Origin: a virus
Lineage: Duplodnaviria > Caudoviricetes
Direction: 5' to 3' (one strand)
Length of the DNA stretch: 64,000 nt
Virus record (IMG/VR): IMGVR_UViG_3300032074_000002
Span: 7,526-71,525 of that record
Shown: positions 54,814 to 63,302 of the stretch, piece after piece
Position numbering within the stretch: the first letter of the stretch is position 1
How the letters are laid out: each line of letters opens with the position of its first letter
Position numbers and translations under genes: made by a program
Notes under the pieces: generated by a model
Seen by the model: the letters and a program-made list of their open reading frames with translations, nothing else
Databases searched by the model: none
What the model was told of the DNA's origin: nothing

Positions 54814-57165
54814 TCAGGCGAAGCCGAGGGCCTGGAACTTGGCGTAGACCTGATTGGCCACGATCGTGTAGCCGGGCGCGAGCAGGTGGACGCCGTCGTA
54901 GCGCAGCGACGTGGGGACGGTGTCGTTGGCGATGTCGGCGGTGTCCTGCGTGGTCGGGGTGATCCCGGCGTCGGCGAGGCCGTGGTCGATCAGGTACCGG
55001 CGGACGTCGAAGAACCGGTCGCCGTAGATCGCGGCGAGCTGCTGGTTCAGAAAGACGATCTGGTTGTAGCCGACGCCGCCCAGGTACTCGGTGGTGAAAC
55101 CGCCGTTGTGGACGCCGATGATCACGTACTTGCCGGTGGTGCAGACGGCGACCATCGCGGCGATGTCGGCCAGCACCGTCGTCGGGTCGGCGTAGTTGTT
55201 GTGCCCGGCCCAGATCAGGAAGCTGGAGCCGGGCAGCGCCCCGCCCAGGTCGAAGGTGACCGGCACCGACCCGGCGGCGGGGACCGCGCTCCCGGCCTCG
55301 TGGCGGGTGAAGGTGCCGCCGACGTGGAACGTGCCATGCACTCCATTCAGCGAGCCGGAGAGGTCACCGCCCTGCGCCGACGGGACGCCCGTGGACGTGG
55401 TGACCGACACGACCCCGGAGGCGGGGATCGACCCGCCGGTCACGGTCGCCGTGGCGGCCACCGCACCGGCCCGGTTGGCGATCTGGGTGGAAATCTCGCC
55501 GCCGACGCCGAGGTTGCGGATCGTCTTGCCGATCAGCCCGCCGAGCACGCCCGGGTAGTTGGTGCCGCTACCGCCGGTGCCCGCGGTCAGCGAGTCGCCG
55601 AGCGCCGCCCACTGGCCGGTGTCGGTGATCGACGCGAAAGTCGTGGTCACGACGACGATGCCGGTGCCGCCGTCGCCACCCTTGCCGGAGTTGTTCCCGT
55701 TGAGCGCCGCGCCACCTCCTCCACCACCGCCGCCGGGCTTGCCGCCCTGGGCGCCGGCCTGCGCCGCGCCGGTGATCGACGCCGCACCGCCGCCACCGCC
55801 CGGGGCGGGCAGGGTGACCGACGGGGCATCGAACGTCGAGGGGGCCGCGCCGCCCACGATCCCGGCCTGCCCGGCCTGGTTCGAGGTGAACCCGGTAGCG
55901 CCCGCTCCGCCGCCGTTGGAGGCCGCGTCGGCGGAGGTGATGCCACCACCGGCGGCGCCGCCGGTGCCCATGTACTGCCCGTTGGTCTGCGACCCGGTGC
56001 CGGACGAGCCGCCGCCCGCGCCGCCGGTGGTGGAGGCCGCGCCGCCGCCGAGGGACTGGCCGATGCCGCCGACGAAGTTGTTGCCCGCGCCGCCCGCACC
56101 TGCGGCGTTCGTGCCGCCCGCCCCTGCTGCGCCACCGGCGACCGTCCGCACGTACAGGCCGAAGGAGGAGGTCCCGCCCGCCGCACCGGCGTTACCGTTG
56201 GTGTCGTTCGCGGTCACCGCCGCACCCCCGGCGCCACCGGCGCCGACGGTCACGGCCACCGTGTCCGTCAGGTCCGAGCCACGCAGCACGACGCGCGACA
56301 TGGCGCCGGACGCGCCGCCGCCGCCGCCGCAGCGCACCGTCCCGGCGGCGCCGCGACGACCGGAGCCGCCACCGCCACCGCCGGAGATGGCCACCACCTC
56401 GACCGACACCGCGCCCGCGGGCCGGGTCCAGGTGCCGGAGGTGGTGAACACCTGAATGTCGGCCGGTCGGGGGTAGTGAGCGTCATAGGCCGCCCCTAGT
56501 GTCACTCGGGCGGTACTACTACCATCCTGCAAATCCCCCACTGTGACGACATCACCAGTTGCGATACCGTCAGTGAAAGTCGCTGTTCCGTCGCCGTTGT
56601 CGGTGATCTGAGTCGTCGGCGTCCAGCCCATGTCGTAATCAGCTGCAGTCAGCTTGACAGCGACTTCACCAGGATTACCCCCAGCAGGCATCCCAATCCC
56701 AGGAGGACCAGGATCACCAGGCGGCCCAGGTAGTCCTCGCTGGATGATAATTCCGGGGCTAACCGCGACCGGCGTCAGTTCGGCCAAGTCGTAAATGAGC
56801 CCCGATTCACCCGAGAAGTCAAAGCTAGCCTTGGTGTACTTGCCGACCTTGAAGACGGCCTGCCACGTCCAAGCTTGGGTCGTGAGCCCCGAAGAGTTTG
56901 GGCAAATCAGCGTAACCCAGGAGTCACCCTGAGCGTTTCGCAGGATCCCATCGGCTTCGACAGTTGCGGTAACACTGTCCAAGAAGAGGCTAGCGTTGCC
57001 GTCAGTCGACAGAAGAGTGTTCTCAGTTACTCGGGGCGTAAAGGTAACAGTCCCGCCCACAGGGAGAATGTCCGGCAGATCGTCGATGTCGTCGGTCGCA
57101 TCTGCGACGCCCTGAAGAGTCTTCCACGTCACCCTGAAGGTGTCGAGCCCCTGGGGCAGTGCCAT
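54814..57165 (-). CDS. Tail fibre/receptor-binding protein: baseplate-anchoring N-terminus, collagen triplets, Gly-rich domain, C-terminal SGNH/GDSL hydrolase
   Basis: GLPGPPGDPGPPG; poly-G/A segment; ALGDSLT, NLGVGGE, AGHNN, DGVHL. Confidence 0.85.
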   Translation of the reverse strand: MALPQGLDTFRVTWKTLQGVADATDDIDDLPDILPVGGTVTFTPRVTENTLLSTDGNASLFLDSVTATVEADGILRNAQGDSWVTLICPNSSGLTTQAWTWQAVFKVGKYTKASFDFSGESGLIYDLAELTPVAVSPGIIIQRGLPGPPGDPGPPGIGMPAGGNPGEVAVKLTAADYDMGWTPTTQITDNGDGTATFTDGIATGDVVTVGDLQDGSSTARVTLGAAYDAHYPRPADIQVFTTSGTWTRPAGAVSVEVVAISGGGGGGSGRRGAAGTVRCGGGGGASGAMSRVVLRGSDLTDTVAVTVGAGGAGGAAVTANDTNGNAGAAGGTSSFGLYVRTVAGGAAGAGGTNAAGAGGAGNNFVGGIGQSLGGGAASTTGGAGGGSSGTGSQTNGQYMGTGGAAGGGITSADAASNGGGAGATGFTSNQAGQAGIVGGAAPSTFDAPSVTLPAPGGGGGAASITGAAQAGAQGGKPGGGGGGGGAALNGNNSGKGGDGGTGIVVVTTTFASITDTGQWAALGDSLTAGTGGSGTNYPGVLGGLIGKTIRNLGVGGEISTQIANRAGAVAATATVTGGSIPASGVVSVTTSTGVPSAQGGDLSGSLNGVHGTFHVGGTFTRHEAGSAVPAAGSVPVTFDLGGALPGSSFLIWAGHNNYADPTTVLADIAAMVAVCTTGKYVIIGVHNGGFTTEYLGGVGYNQIVFLNQQLAAIYGDRFFDVRRYLIDHGLADAGITPTTQDTADIANDTVPTSLRYDGVHLLAPGYTIVANQVYAKFQALGFA

Positions 57166-57312
57166 AACTTTGGGTCCAATCTGACTCGCGTGCGCGTGCG
57201 CTCAGGTTACTCGACCCGTCCAGCATTGGCATATGGCACAGATTAACAGCCCCAACCTGGCAATCAGCTGTGGGTGATACAGGTGAGAATCCATTTCATG
57301 ATCCACATGATC

Positions 57313-57880
57313 TTGGTCGAAGAATTGGTCAAAGAATTATGACATTGGTCGAAAAATTATTGGGGTTTCTAAACTACGTTCCTTTCAGGCTGTCCTCATC
57401 CGGCCAAAACCAGTCCTCAGGGGGTAACTTTTTGGATGATCTACAAGGGATACAGTCTGTCGGCACGCCTTGTGGTGGTTTCACCACGACTTACCTGCAT
57501 CGTCAGTGCCACTGGTACCGGGAACCGGCTATCAAGATCAAATAGTTTCTCGACCAGCCGGTCGAGAAACTCCCGATTTGGTCGAGAAACTACGGGGGCC
57601 GGTCGGGGAACGTTTCGCAACCTAGTTTCGCAACCATTTCTCGACCTCCTAAAAGCGCAGGTCAACACGGCGATTCGGGGGTTTTTTGATTGTTCGACCG
57701 AGCGTCGCTTACACACACACACACACGGGGTCGCTCACACACATCCGGGGCGTTCTTACACGGGGTCCGGCCGTTGGGGGGGATGCCGGTCGAACTAGTC
57801 TGTTTAGTCGAACAATTCGCTGACCTGCGGTTATGTTAAACGATCATGGTCGATAAACCCGTCCATCAGGTCAAAGAATA
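57313..57880. repeat. Iteron-like GGTCRA[A/G]AA repeat cluster (~13 copies, both orientations)
   Basis: TTGGTCGAAGAATT 57313, TTGGTCAAAGAATT 57325, TTGGTCGAAAAATT 57345, TAGTTTCTCGACCA 57543, GGTCGAGAAACT 57560, TTGGTCGAGAAACTA 57578, TTTCTCGACC 57637 and others. Confidence 0.75.
57711..57726. repeat. (AC)8 microsatellite
   Basis: Direct reading; followed by ACACGGGG-type repeats. Confidence 0.9.
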
Positions 57881-57901
57881 GTGAAAGAATCCTCACGTAG
57901 G

Positions 57902-57950
57902 TAAATAAATTAAAAAAATCACTCTATATATATATATAAGAGAGCTTATA
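57902..57950. other. AT-rich tract with a (TA)n run, candidate unwinding element
   Basis: TAAATAAATTAAAAAAATCACTCTATATATATATATAAGAGAG in a GC-rich genome. Confidence 0.6.
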
Positions 57951-58194
57951 CTCAAGCTCTCTGAGAGTCTGCGAGTGTTCTTGTACAGAGTCTCTCTAGT
58001 TCTTGGGAGACTAGACTCTATGACAGGGGGCTATGGATGGGGAAGATAGCTTTGCTGACCCTAGAAGGAATAAAGGGCGACAAAAAGTTTTGTGTGCGTC
58101 GCTTGTGGTCAAAGGGCGCGCGGCGTACCGGGGGTCTGGATTTTCTGACCCGGGGGCATACGCCCCGGGGGTATGCCGTTTGCATGGGGCATGC

Positions 58195-58975
58195 AAGAAC
58201 ATTCGTTCTACATGCAATTGTGTGGCGCATGCATGTCGGCCGCTATCGCACCGTTAGAACGTTTGTTCTAACGCCCGATAGGGCACGCTATCGGCACGAC
58301 ACGGCCCATTAGAACGTTTGTTCTAACGGGCATAGCTATGCGCCATGCCGCATCGCCATGCGCGGGTACCGGGCCGTTAGAACACGCGTTCTAACGGTGT
58401 ATGGTGCACCCAATTGCACGCCGCATGCATCCCGCTAGGTGTCCCATAGAACGGCCGTTCTAACGTAGGTCTACCTAGATACATGGGCCGCGCCATGACA
58501 TGTCGCCACAACCGCGCACACGCCCCGCATGGGGCATTCCTAGCTAGGTCGCACTACCCCGTTAGAACGATCGTTCTAACGCAACGTAACCGAACAAGTC
58601 ACAATCAGTAGGGGCCACAATGTCATGGCACAAATCCACAACCGACACGGGTCACGTTTGGCACGTTCTAACGGGTGCGACACGCCAATTAGACGGTACG
58701 TTCTACCCATGGCAAACGGGACGACGGAAACGGGACACACCGCACGCGGTGTAGAACGAATCGTCTAACGTGTGCTATGATCTACCCATGGACGCGCCGC
58801 ACGACTAGCGCGGGCCATACGATGTTCTAACACCTACACATGGGGTACGTTTGCGCGCCGCTAGTTCGGCACGTAGAACGCGCGTTCTAATAGCTAGCGC
58901 CATATATCAACACGCGGCGCATAGGTCCGGGCGGATACAATGCCGGACGGCAATCCATTAGAACAACCGTTCTAA
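58195..58975. repeat. Array of TAGAAC-N4-GTTCTA palindromes (7 perfect, 3 near-perfect, 2 half sites)
   Basis: Starts at 58195, 58255, 58310, 58378, 58447, 58563, (58655), 58690, 58752, (58814), 58874, 58959. Confidence 0.92.
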
Positions 58976-58985
58976 ACACGCCGGG

Positions 58986-59015
58986 TTGACACGCAAACGG
59001 ACCACATGATAGGGT
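58986..59015 (+). promoter_or_regulatory. Promoter TTGACA-N18-TAGGGT just after the last palindrome
   Basis: Direct reading. Confidence 0.55.
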
Positions 59016-59304
59016 GGTAACACACCGAAAGAACGGATCGGACGACGTAGCGGGTAGTCTATCTACCGGGCCGCGCGAGTCCTAGTGATGACATAACGGG
59101 CCATACCCATGGCCGGGCCGTGTGGTCCGTCACTAAAAGTCCGGTAGGATTCTATCGCGCCTAACATGGCCGGAATGGGCGACACTACGGGGTGGAGTCG
59201 GGGATACACGTAAGTCCCGATGCATACCCGCACGGACCCAGACCATGCTAGACTCGGTAGTGCCCGACCGGGCAATCACCCCACGAATGGGAGGCATGTA
59301 AGTC

Positions 59305-59511
59305 ATGGGCGACCTAGTTGACATCACGTCCGTTAGTCCGGGCACGATGATTCACTACGAGTACGATGCGGGTGCGGGTAAAGTCACCATAGTCGGCATC
59401 GTCGGCCCATTCATGGGCATGGCAGAATTGGGTAACCAGGGCGTCAAGATCCACACCGGATCAGGGCCGCGCTACGTGTCCCGACTCGCCCGTGTCACCG
59501 TCCTAGACTAG
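59305..59511 (+). CDS. Small early protein
   Basis: Preceded by leader module and GGGAGG. Confidence 0.7.
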   Translation: MGDLVDITSVSPGTMIHYEYDAGAGKVTIVGIVGPFMGMAELGNQGVKIHTGSGPRYVSRLARVTVLD

Positions 59512-59552
59512 TCCCCCAAGATCTAGTCGGCCCGATTGCATCGCGCCTAGAC

Positions 59553-59581
59553 TTGCCACAAGTCACGGCATAGGCTAGACT
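59553..59581 (+). promoter_or_regulatory. Promoter TTGCCA-N17-TAGACT
   Basis: Direct reading; followed by a 5' hairpin leader. Confidence 0.65.
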
Positions 59582-59627
59582 CGGTGTTGTCCGACCGACG
59601 GACATTACCCCACAATTGGGAGGAAAG

Positions 59628-60224
59628 GTGTCATACCAGCGCGCCCCGCGAAAGCCGGTAGTCACGGCTCGTGAGGGTATCAAGGTCCGCGTCATGGCCG
59701 ACATGATCCCGCTGACCGCCGAAGAGCACGGGCAGAAGTCCGCCCACGGATTCCGGCCGGTCACAATCACCGACCGGGACGGATTCCAGCGAGTCAGGGC
59801 TGGTTGGGAACTGACCGACCGCAAGACTCACGGGATCAACGTGAGCGCGCCCACCGAGGGCGCGGCCCTCCAAGAAGTCATGGAGCGAGTCACGGGCGGC
59901 TGGGTCAACTACGAGGGCCACAAAGTCCGCACCGTCTCGATGGGCGACCTCCCCCTGGGTGGACTGCCTCGACCGAAGCCCGACGATCACCCGTCGGCCA
60001 AGGAGGAGCGTAAGCTCCGTGCGGCGGCGCGGTCGGCCAGTCGCGCCGACAAGCGGGAGGACCAGTCCCAGAGGACGGGCATGAGTGACGCCTACCTCCG
60101 GGCCGTGATCCAGGCCCAGACGGGCCGAGTCTACGCCGGGCCGATCGACCGCAAGATGCGCGCCATGATCCTCGACGTGATCTCTAACCAGGAGTCCGTG
60201 CGCCGCTACACCGAGGGTAAGTGA
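59628..60224 (+). CDS. Basic early protein; start uncertain
   Basis: High GC3; GGGAGG before GTG. Confidence 0.75.
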   Translation: MSYQRAPRKPVVTAREGIKVRVMADMIPLTAEEHGQKSAHGFRPVTITDRDGFQRVRAGWELTDRKTHGINVSAPTEGAALQEVMERVTGGWVNYEGHKVRTVSMGDLPLGGLPRPKPDDHPSAKEERKLRAAARSASRADKREDQSQRTGMSDAYLRAVIQAQTGRVYAGPIDRKMRAMILDVISNQESVRRYTEGK

Positions 60225-60230
60225 GGGCAA

Positions 60231-60329
60231 GTGAGCCCCACGACTCGCCCCTGCCACCGTCACCACAAGATCATGGTCGCCTGTCCCGACTGCATGGCCG
60301 GGCTGCGCGCCAAGCTGCACCAGAAGTAG
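60231..60329 (+). CDS. 32-aa Cys/His peptide (not in track)
   Basis: SPTTRPCHRHHKIMVACPDCMAGLRAKLHQK; GAGG RBS. Confidence 0.5.
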   Translation: MSPTTRPCHRHHKIMVACPDCMAGLRAKLHQK

Positions 60330-60346
60330 TAGTAGTTCCGGCTGCA

Positions 60347-60375
60347 TTGCATCAGGCTAGACTGTGTGCTAGTCT
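60347..60375 (+). promoter_or_regulatory. Promoter TTGCAT-N17-TAGTCT with TGn extension
   Basis: Direct reading. Confidence 0.65.
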
Positions 60376-60425
60376 GGTGTTGTGCCCAGCCGGGGCACAT
60401 TACCCCAGATTACAGGGAGAGCACT

Positions 60426-60644
60426 GTGAGCGAGACTATGACCGTCACTCTGACCCGACAGCAGGCCCGGACCCTCAAGGTCGCCCTGATCTTGGCCGAG
60501 TCGGACCACACCCTCGCGGCCACGAGCCTGCCCTACGACGACCCGCAGCGCGAGGCGCACTGGGCAATCCGAGCCGACCTCCTCGAGATCTCGCGCAACC
60601 TCACCGAAGCAATGTACCCGCGCCAGATCACCGTCCCGGTCTGA
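60426..60644 (+). CDS. Small early protein
   Basis: GGGAGAGCACT-GTG leader; high GC3. Confidence 0.75.
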   Translation: MSETMTVTLTRQQARTLKVALILAESDHTLAATSLPYDDPQREAHWAIRADLLEISRNLTEAMYPRQITVPV

Positions 60645-60747
60645 CACATTCCGGCCGCCTTGTCTTTCACCTAGATTGTGCTAGAGTCTAGGTGAAGGGC
60701 TGGCCGACCGGCCAGTTCCACAATCACCCCGAACCTGGGAGAGCACT

Positions 60748-60870
60748 GTGAAGATCATCGTCAGCGAGTCCGGCGAGCAGTTCGTCGTCCCCCGCCGGAC
60801 CAAGAAGGACCGCCAGATCGAGCGGCGGCGCGCCACCCGCGAGTGGCAGCGCGAGCAGCTGTCCCTGTGA
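60748..60870 (+). CDS. 40-aa basic peptide ending in QLSL (not in track)
   Basis: Same GGGAGAGCACT-GTG leader; KIIVSESGEQFVVPRRTKKDRQIERRRATREWQREQLSL. Confidence 0.7.
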   Translation: MKIIVSESGEQFVVPRRTKKDRQIERRRATREWQREQLSL

Positions 60871-60995
60871 GCGCAGTCATCCTCCTCATGGTGGGATGGG
60901 TAGCCTTGAAGGCTGCCAACGAGCTATGGCTCGTGTGCGAGACGGTGGCACGGTGGCGACGTCACCGACTCCCCCTGTGCTCGCCGGACGAGTGA
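60867..60995 (+). CDS. 42-aa membrane peptide (not in track)
   Basis: GTGA overlap; hydrophobic N-terminus. Confidence 0.5.
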   Translation: MSAVILLMVGWVALKAANELWLVCETVARWRRHRLPLCSPDE

Positions 60996-61008
60996 GCCTG
61001 ATCACAGG

Positions 61009-61037
61009 TTGACAATGTAGGCTAGTAGAGCTACATT
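61009..61037 (+). promoter_or_regulatory. Promoter TTGACA-N17-TACATT containing the inverted repeat AATGTAG/CTACATT
   Basis: Direct reading. Confidence 0.7.
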
Positions 61038-61169
61038 CATCGCTGACACCATGGCTCCACCCGGTCCCCCATCGTGCGGAGCCATGGTGTCCCAGCCACA
61101 GCTAGGCCGCTGGCGCGTCCTTTAGGCCCGCTGGGCACATGACCCGTACCTCCGGAGAATCGAGCGCAC

Positions 61170-61514
61170 ATGCCCGAGCTACACCAGGGTGGGGTGGACT
61201 CGTACCCCGACCAATACCTGCCGTGTCGCGTGTATGGGCACGCCTGGGACCAGTCCACAGAGGACTGGCGCCCCACGAAGCAGGGTGGTAAGATCGTCGA
61301 GTGGGAGTGCTGGGTAGACTGCCTGCGTCAGTGTGGCGCCCACAAGATCTTCTACTATGACTCAAAGATCTACCGTACCCGTGCACCCAAGCTAGACTAC
61401 ACTGACGCGCCTGGGTATCTCACCGAGAAGGGCGAGAAGTTCTCAAAGCAGGAAGCGACTGCCGAAAGATTCCGCCGAAGGACTGGACGTGCCCACCTTC
61501 GCAGAGTACACTGA
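61170..61514 (+). CDS. Hypothetical Zn-binding protein (CRVYGH...CLRQC)
   Basis: GGAG RBS. Confidence 0.75.
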   Translation: MPELHQGGVDSYPDQYLPCRVYGHAWDQSTEDWRPTKQGGKIVEWECWVDCLRQCGAHKIFYYDSKIYRTRAPKLDYTDAPGYLTEKGEKFSKQEATAERFRRRTGRAHLRRVH

Positions 61515-61524
61515 AGGAGAGCAC

Positions 61525-61791
61525 ATGGAAGAACCGACAGTTCAGATCCCCATGCCCGGCATGTTATCTGAGCGGAGCTGGTCCCAGGCCGAACTGAACC
61601 TGACCGTGCGCTGCCTCCTGGAGTGGGAACAGATCGCCTGGCCACAAGCTACGGTGTTCGATGCCTACAAGGAGCTGGGCAACATGATCGAGCAGGGTGG
61701 CATCAGAGTCCTCGAGTCCGTGCGTGACACGATGCTCTGGGAGACACTGCCAGCTCTGCGGGCGACCGGCGACGGTGTGCCCGCGCCGTGA
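61525..61791 (+). CDS. Hypothetical protein
   Basis: AAGGAGAGCAC-ATG. Confidence 0.7.
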   Translation: MEEPTVQIPMPGMLSERSWSQAELNLTVRCLLEWEQIAWPQATVFDAYKELGNMIEQGGIRVLESVRDTMLWETLPALRATGDGVPAP

Positions 61792-62022
61792 TTCCACCCG
61801 TTAGGGGGTGCGAGCCCCTTGCGGAGCGATGAAACTACCGCTACAGTGATCCGTAGCGGCTAGACACCCCGTCTGACCCACCGACAGGACTGTCCCTGTG
61901 GGCGGGTCGGGCAGGATGCCTAGTCGGCTCCTACCCGTAAGATCTCGTGAAGTCCGAAAGTGTCCTGATAGACGTCCAGCAGCGACGGTGAAGGCACTGA
62001 GGGTGAATCGGGGGATACGGTG

Positions 62023-62051
62023 TTGCAGACCAGTTCACGACATGCTAGTCT
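62023..62051 (+). promoter_or_regulatory. Promoter TTGCAG-N17-TAGTCT with TGn extension
   Basis: Direct reading. Confidence 0.65.
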
Positions 62052-62119
62052 GGACACCGAACACGGAGGCAACACACACCGGCTGGCACACAGCCAATCC
62101 CCGACCGAAGGAGAGCACC

Positions 62120-63109
62120 ATGGCACGTAATAGGCAGAGCACCGACGTTCTCGATCGCGAGGACGAGAACACCGTCACCACCGAGGCCCCGGCCGAGAAC
62201 ACCGTCACCACCGAGGCCCCGGCCGAGGGTGAGGCCCCGGCTGAGGAGGAGGGTGAGCGCGACAGCTCGGGCGACACCGAGCACACGGACGGCGAGGTCC
62301 AGGTGAGCCTGGAGCCCTTCGAGCAGGCCGCGCAGGCTGCCGTCGCCCAGCGGGACACCAATACGGGCGAGCTGCCCGATGGTGCCCTGGAGCCTGTCCT
62401 CGAGCAGTACCGGGCGCTGGGTTCCACCAAGGACCGCAACCGGGCGAAGAACTACCTCAAGGACCAGATGAAGGTCGCCATGGAGGCGCTCGACCTGAGC
62501 CTGGCCCGGTCGTTCTACACCCTGTCCGAGTCCATGACCACCTCGGTGGCCAGCAAGGTGGGTACCGAGCGCAAGCCCGCTGACCCGCTGGCTGTCTGGC
62601 GTCACAACCTGCTCACCAGCCTGATCGCCTACGGCGAGCTAGCCGGGTCGGGCAAGCCCGAGGACGCCAGCGTCGAGGAGGTGCAGCAGATCGCCTCCGC
62701 GACGGAGACGATCGAGGAGATCAACTCCTACCGCACCTGGCTCGACGACGAGAACGAGGACAAGGGCGAGGCTCCGAAGGTTCGCCCGGAGGTTGTCCAC
62801 GCCTTCCGCATCGTCCGAGGCAACAAGCGTCGGGGAGTCGGCACGGGTGGCGGCGACCGCTCGCCGCACGACGGCCCGCGTCGTGACCTCGGCAAGCACA
62901 TCGCCGAGGCGTTCGCCAGTGTGGACTCGGGCACGTTCCTGAGCGTGGCCGACATCCGCAAGTTCTCCTCCGAGGAGTACGGCGACGAGCAGCCGTCGGC
63001 CGGTGCGATCTCGGCCCGCCTGTTCCCGGCCAAGGGTTCCTGCACCATCGAGGGAATCACGCCCGGAACCGGCGGCGAGAAGGGCACCAAGGGCGCCTAT
63101 AAGGACTGA
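62120..63109 (+). CDS. Acidic 329-aa early protein with C-terminal winged-HTH-like domain
   Basis: AAGGAGAGCACC-ATG; very high GC3; PSAGAISARLF motif. Confidence 0.85.
   Translation: MARNRQSTDVLDREDENTVTTEAPAENTVTTEAPAEGEAPAEEEGERDSSGDTEHTDGEVQVSLEPFEQAAQAAVAQRDTNTGELPDGALEPVLEQYRALGSTKDRNRAKNYLKDQMKVAMEALDLSLARSFYTLSESMTTSVASKVGTERKPADPLAVWRHNLLTSLIAYGELAGSGKPEDASVEEVQQIASATETIEEINSYRTWLDDENEDKGEAPKVRPEVVHAFRIVRGNKRRGVGTGGGDRSPHDGPRRDLGKHIAEAFASVDSGTFLSVADIRKFSSEEYGDEQPSAGAISARLFPAKGSCTIEGITPGTGGEKGTKGAYKD
62165..62224 (+). repeat. Perfect 30-bp tandem duplication (ENTVTTEAPA x2)
   Basis: GAGAACACCGTCACCACCGAGGCCCCGGCC twice. Confidence 0.95.
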
Positions 63110-63131
63110 TCAGTCCTAGCACCCCAGGTCA

Positions 63132-63270
63132 GCACGGGGCTGGACAACCAGCCCCGTGCCACCCTGTCGGGGCACAGTCTCATCCCCCGGACTGTGTCCC
63201 GTCAAGGTGGTTGGCCCACCTGCACCAGCAACGCAACCCCTGCCGCCTTCGGGCGTCGGGGGTTGCGTTG
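63132..63270 (+). other. Three tandem intergenic stem-loops (terminator or structured RNA)
   Basis: 12-bp stems at 63132-63159, 63168-63201 and 63229-63270, the last capped by C(UUCG)G. Confidence 0.7.
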
Positions 63271-63302
63271 TACCCTGTCCACTGTCCGAGACGAGGCCCG
63301 TT

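Noticed and set aside
54778-56499. 573-aa + strand ORF and companions
   Set aside because: Antisense shadows of the GC-rich Gly/SGNH fibre segment
57920-57950. Hairpin-telomere (telRL) site
   Set aside because: The palindrome is short and imperfect, and the recombinase is Xer-like in size and motifs, not a protelomerase
58195-58975. CRISPR mini-array
   Set aside because: Repeat centres vary, spacing is irregular (35-116 bp), the intervening DNA is self-similar (GCATG/GCGC-rich) rather than spacer-like, and no cas operon is present
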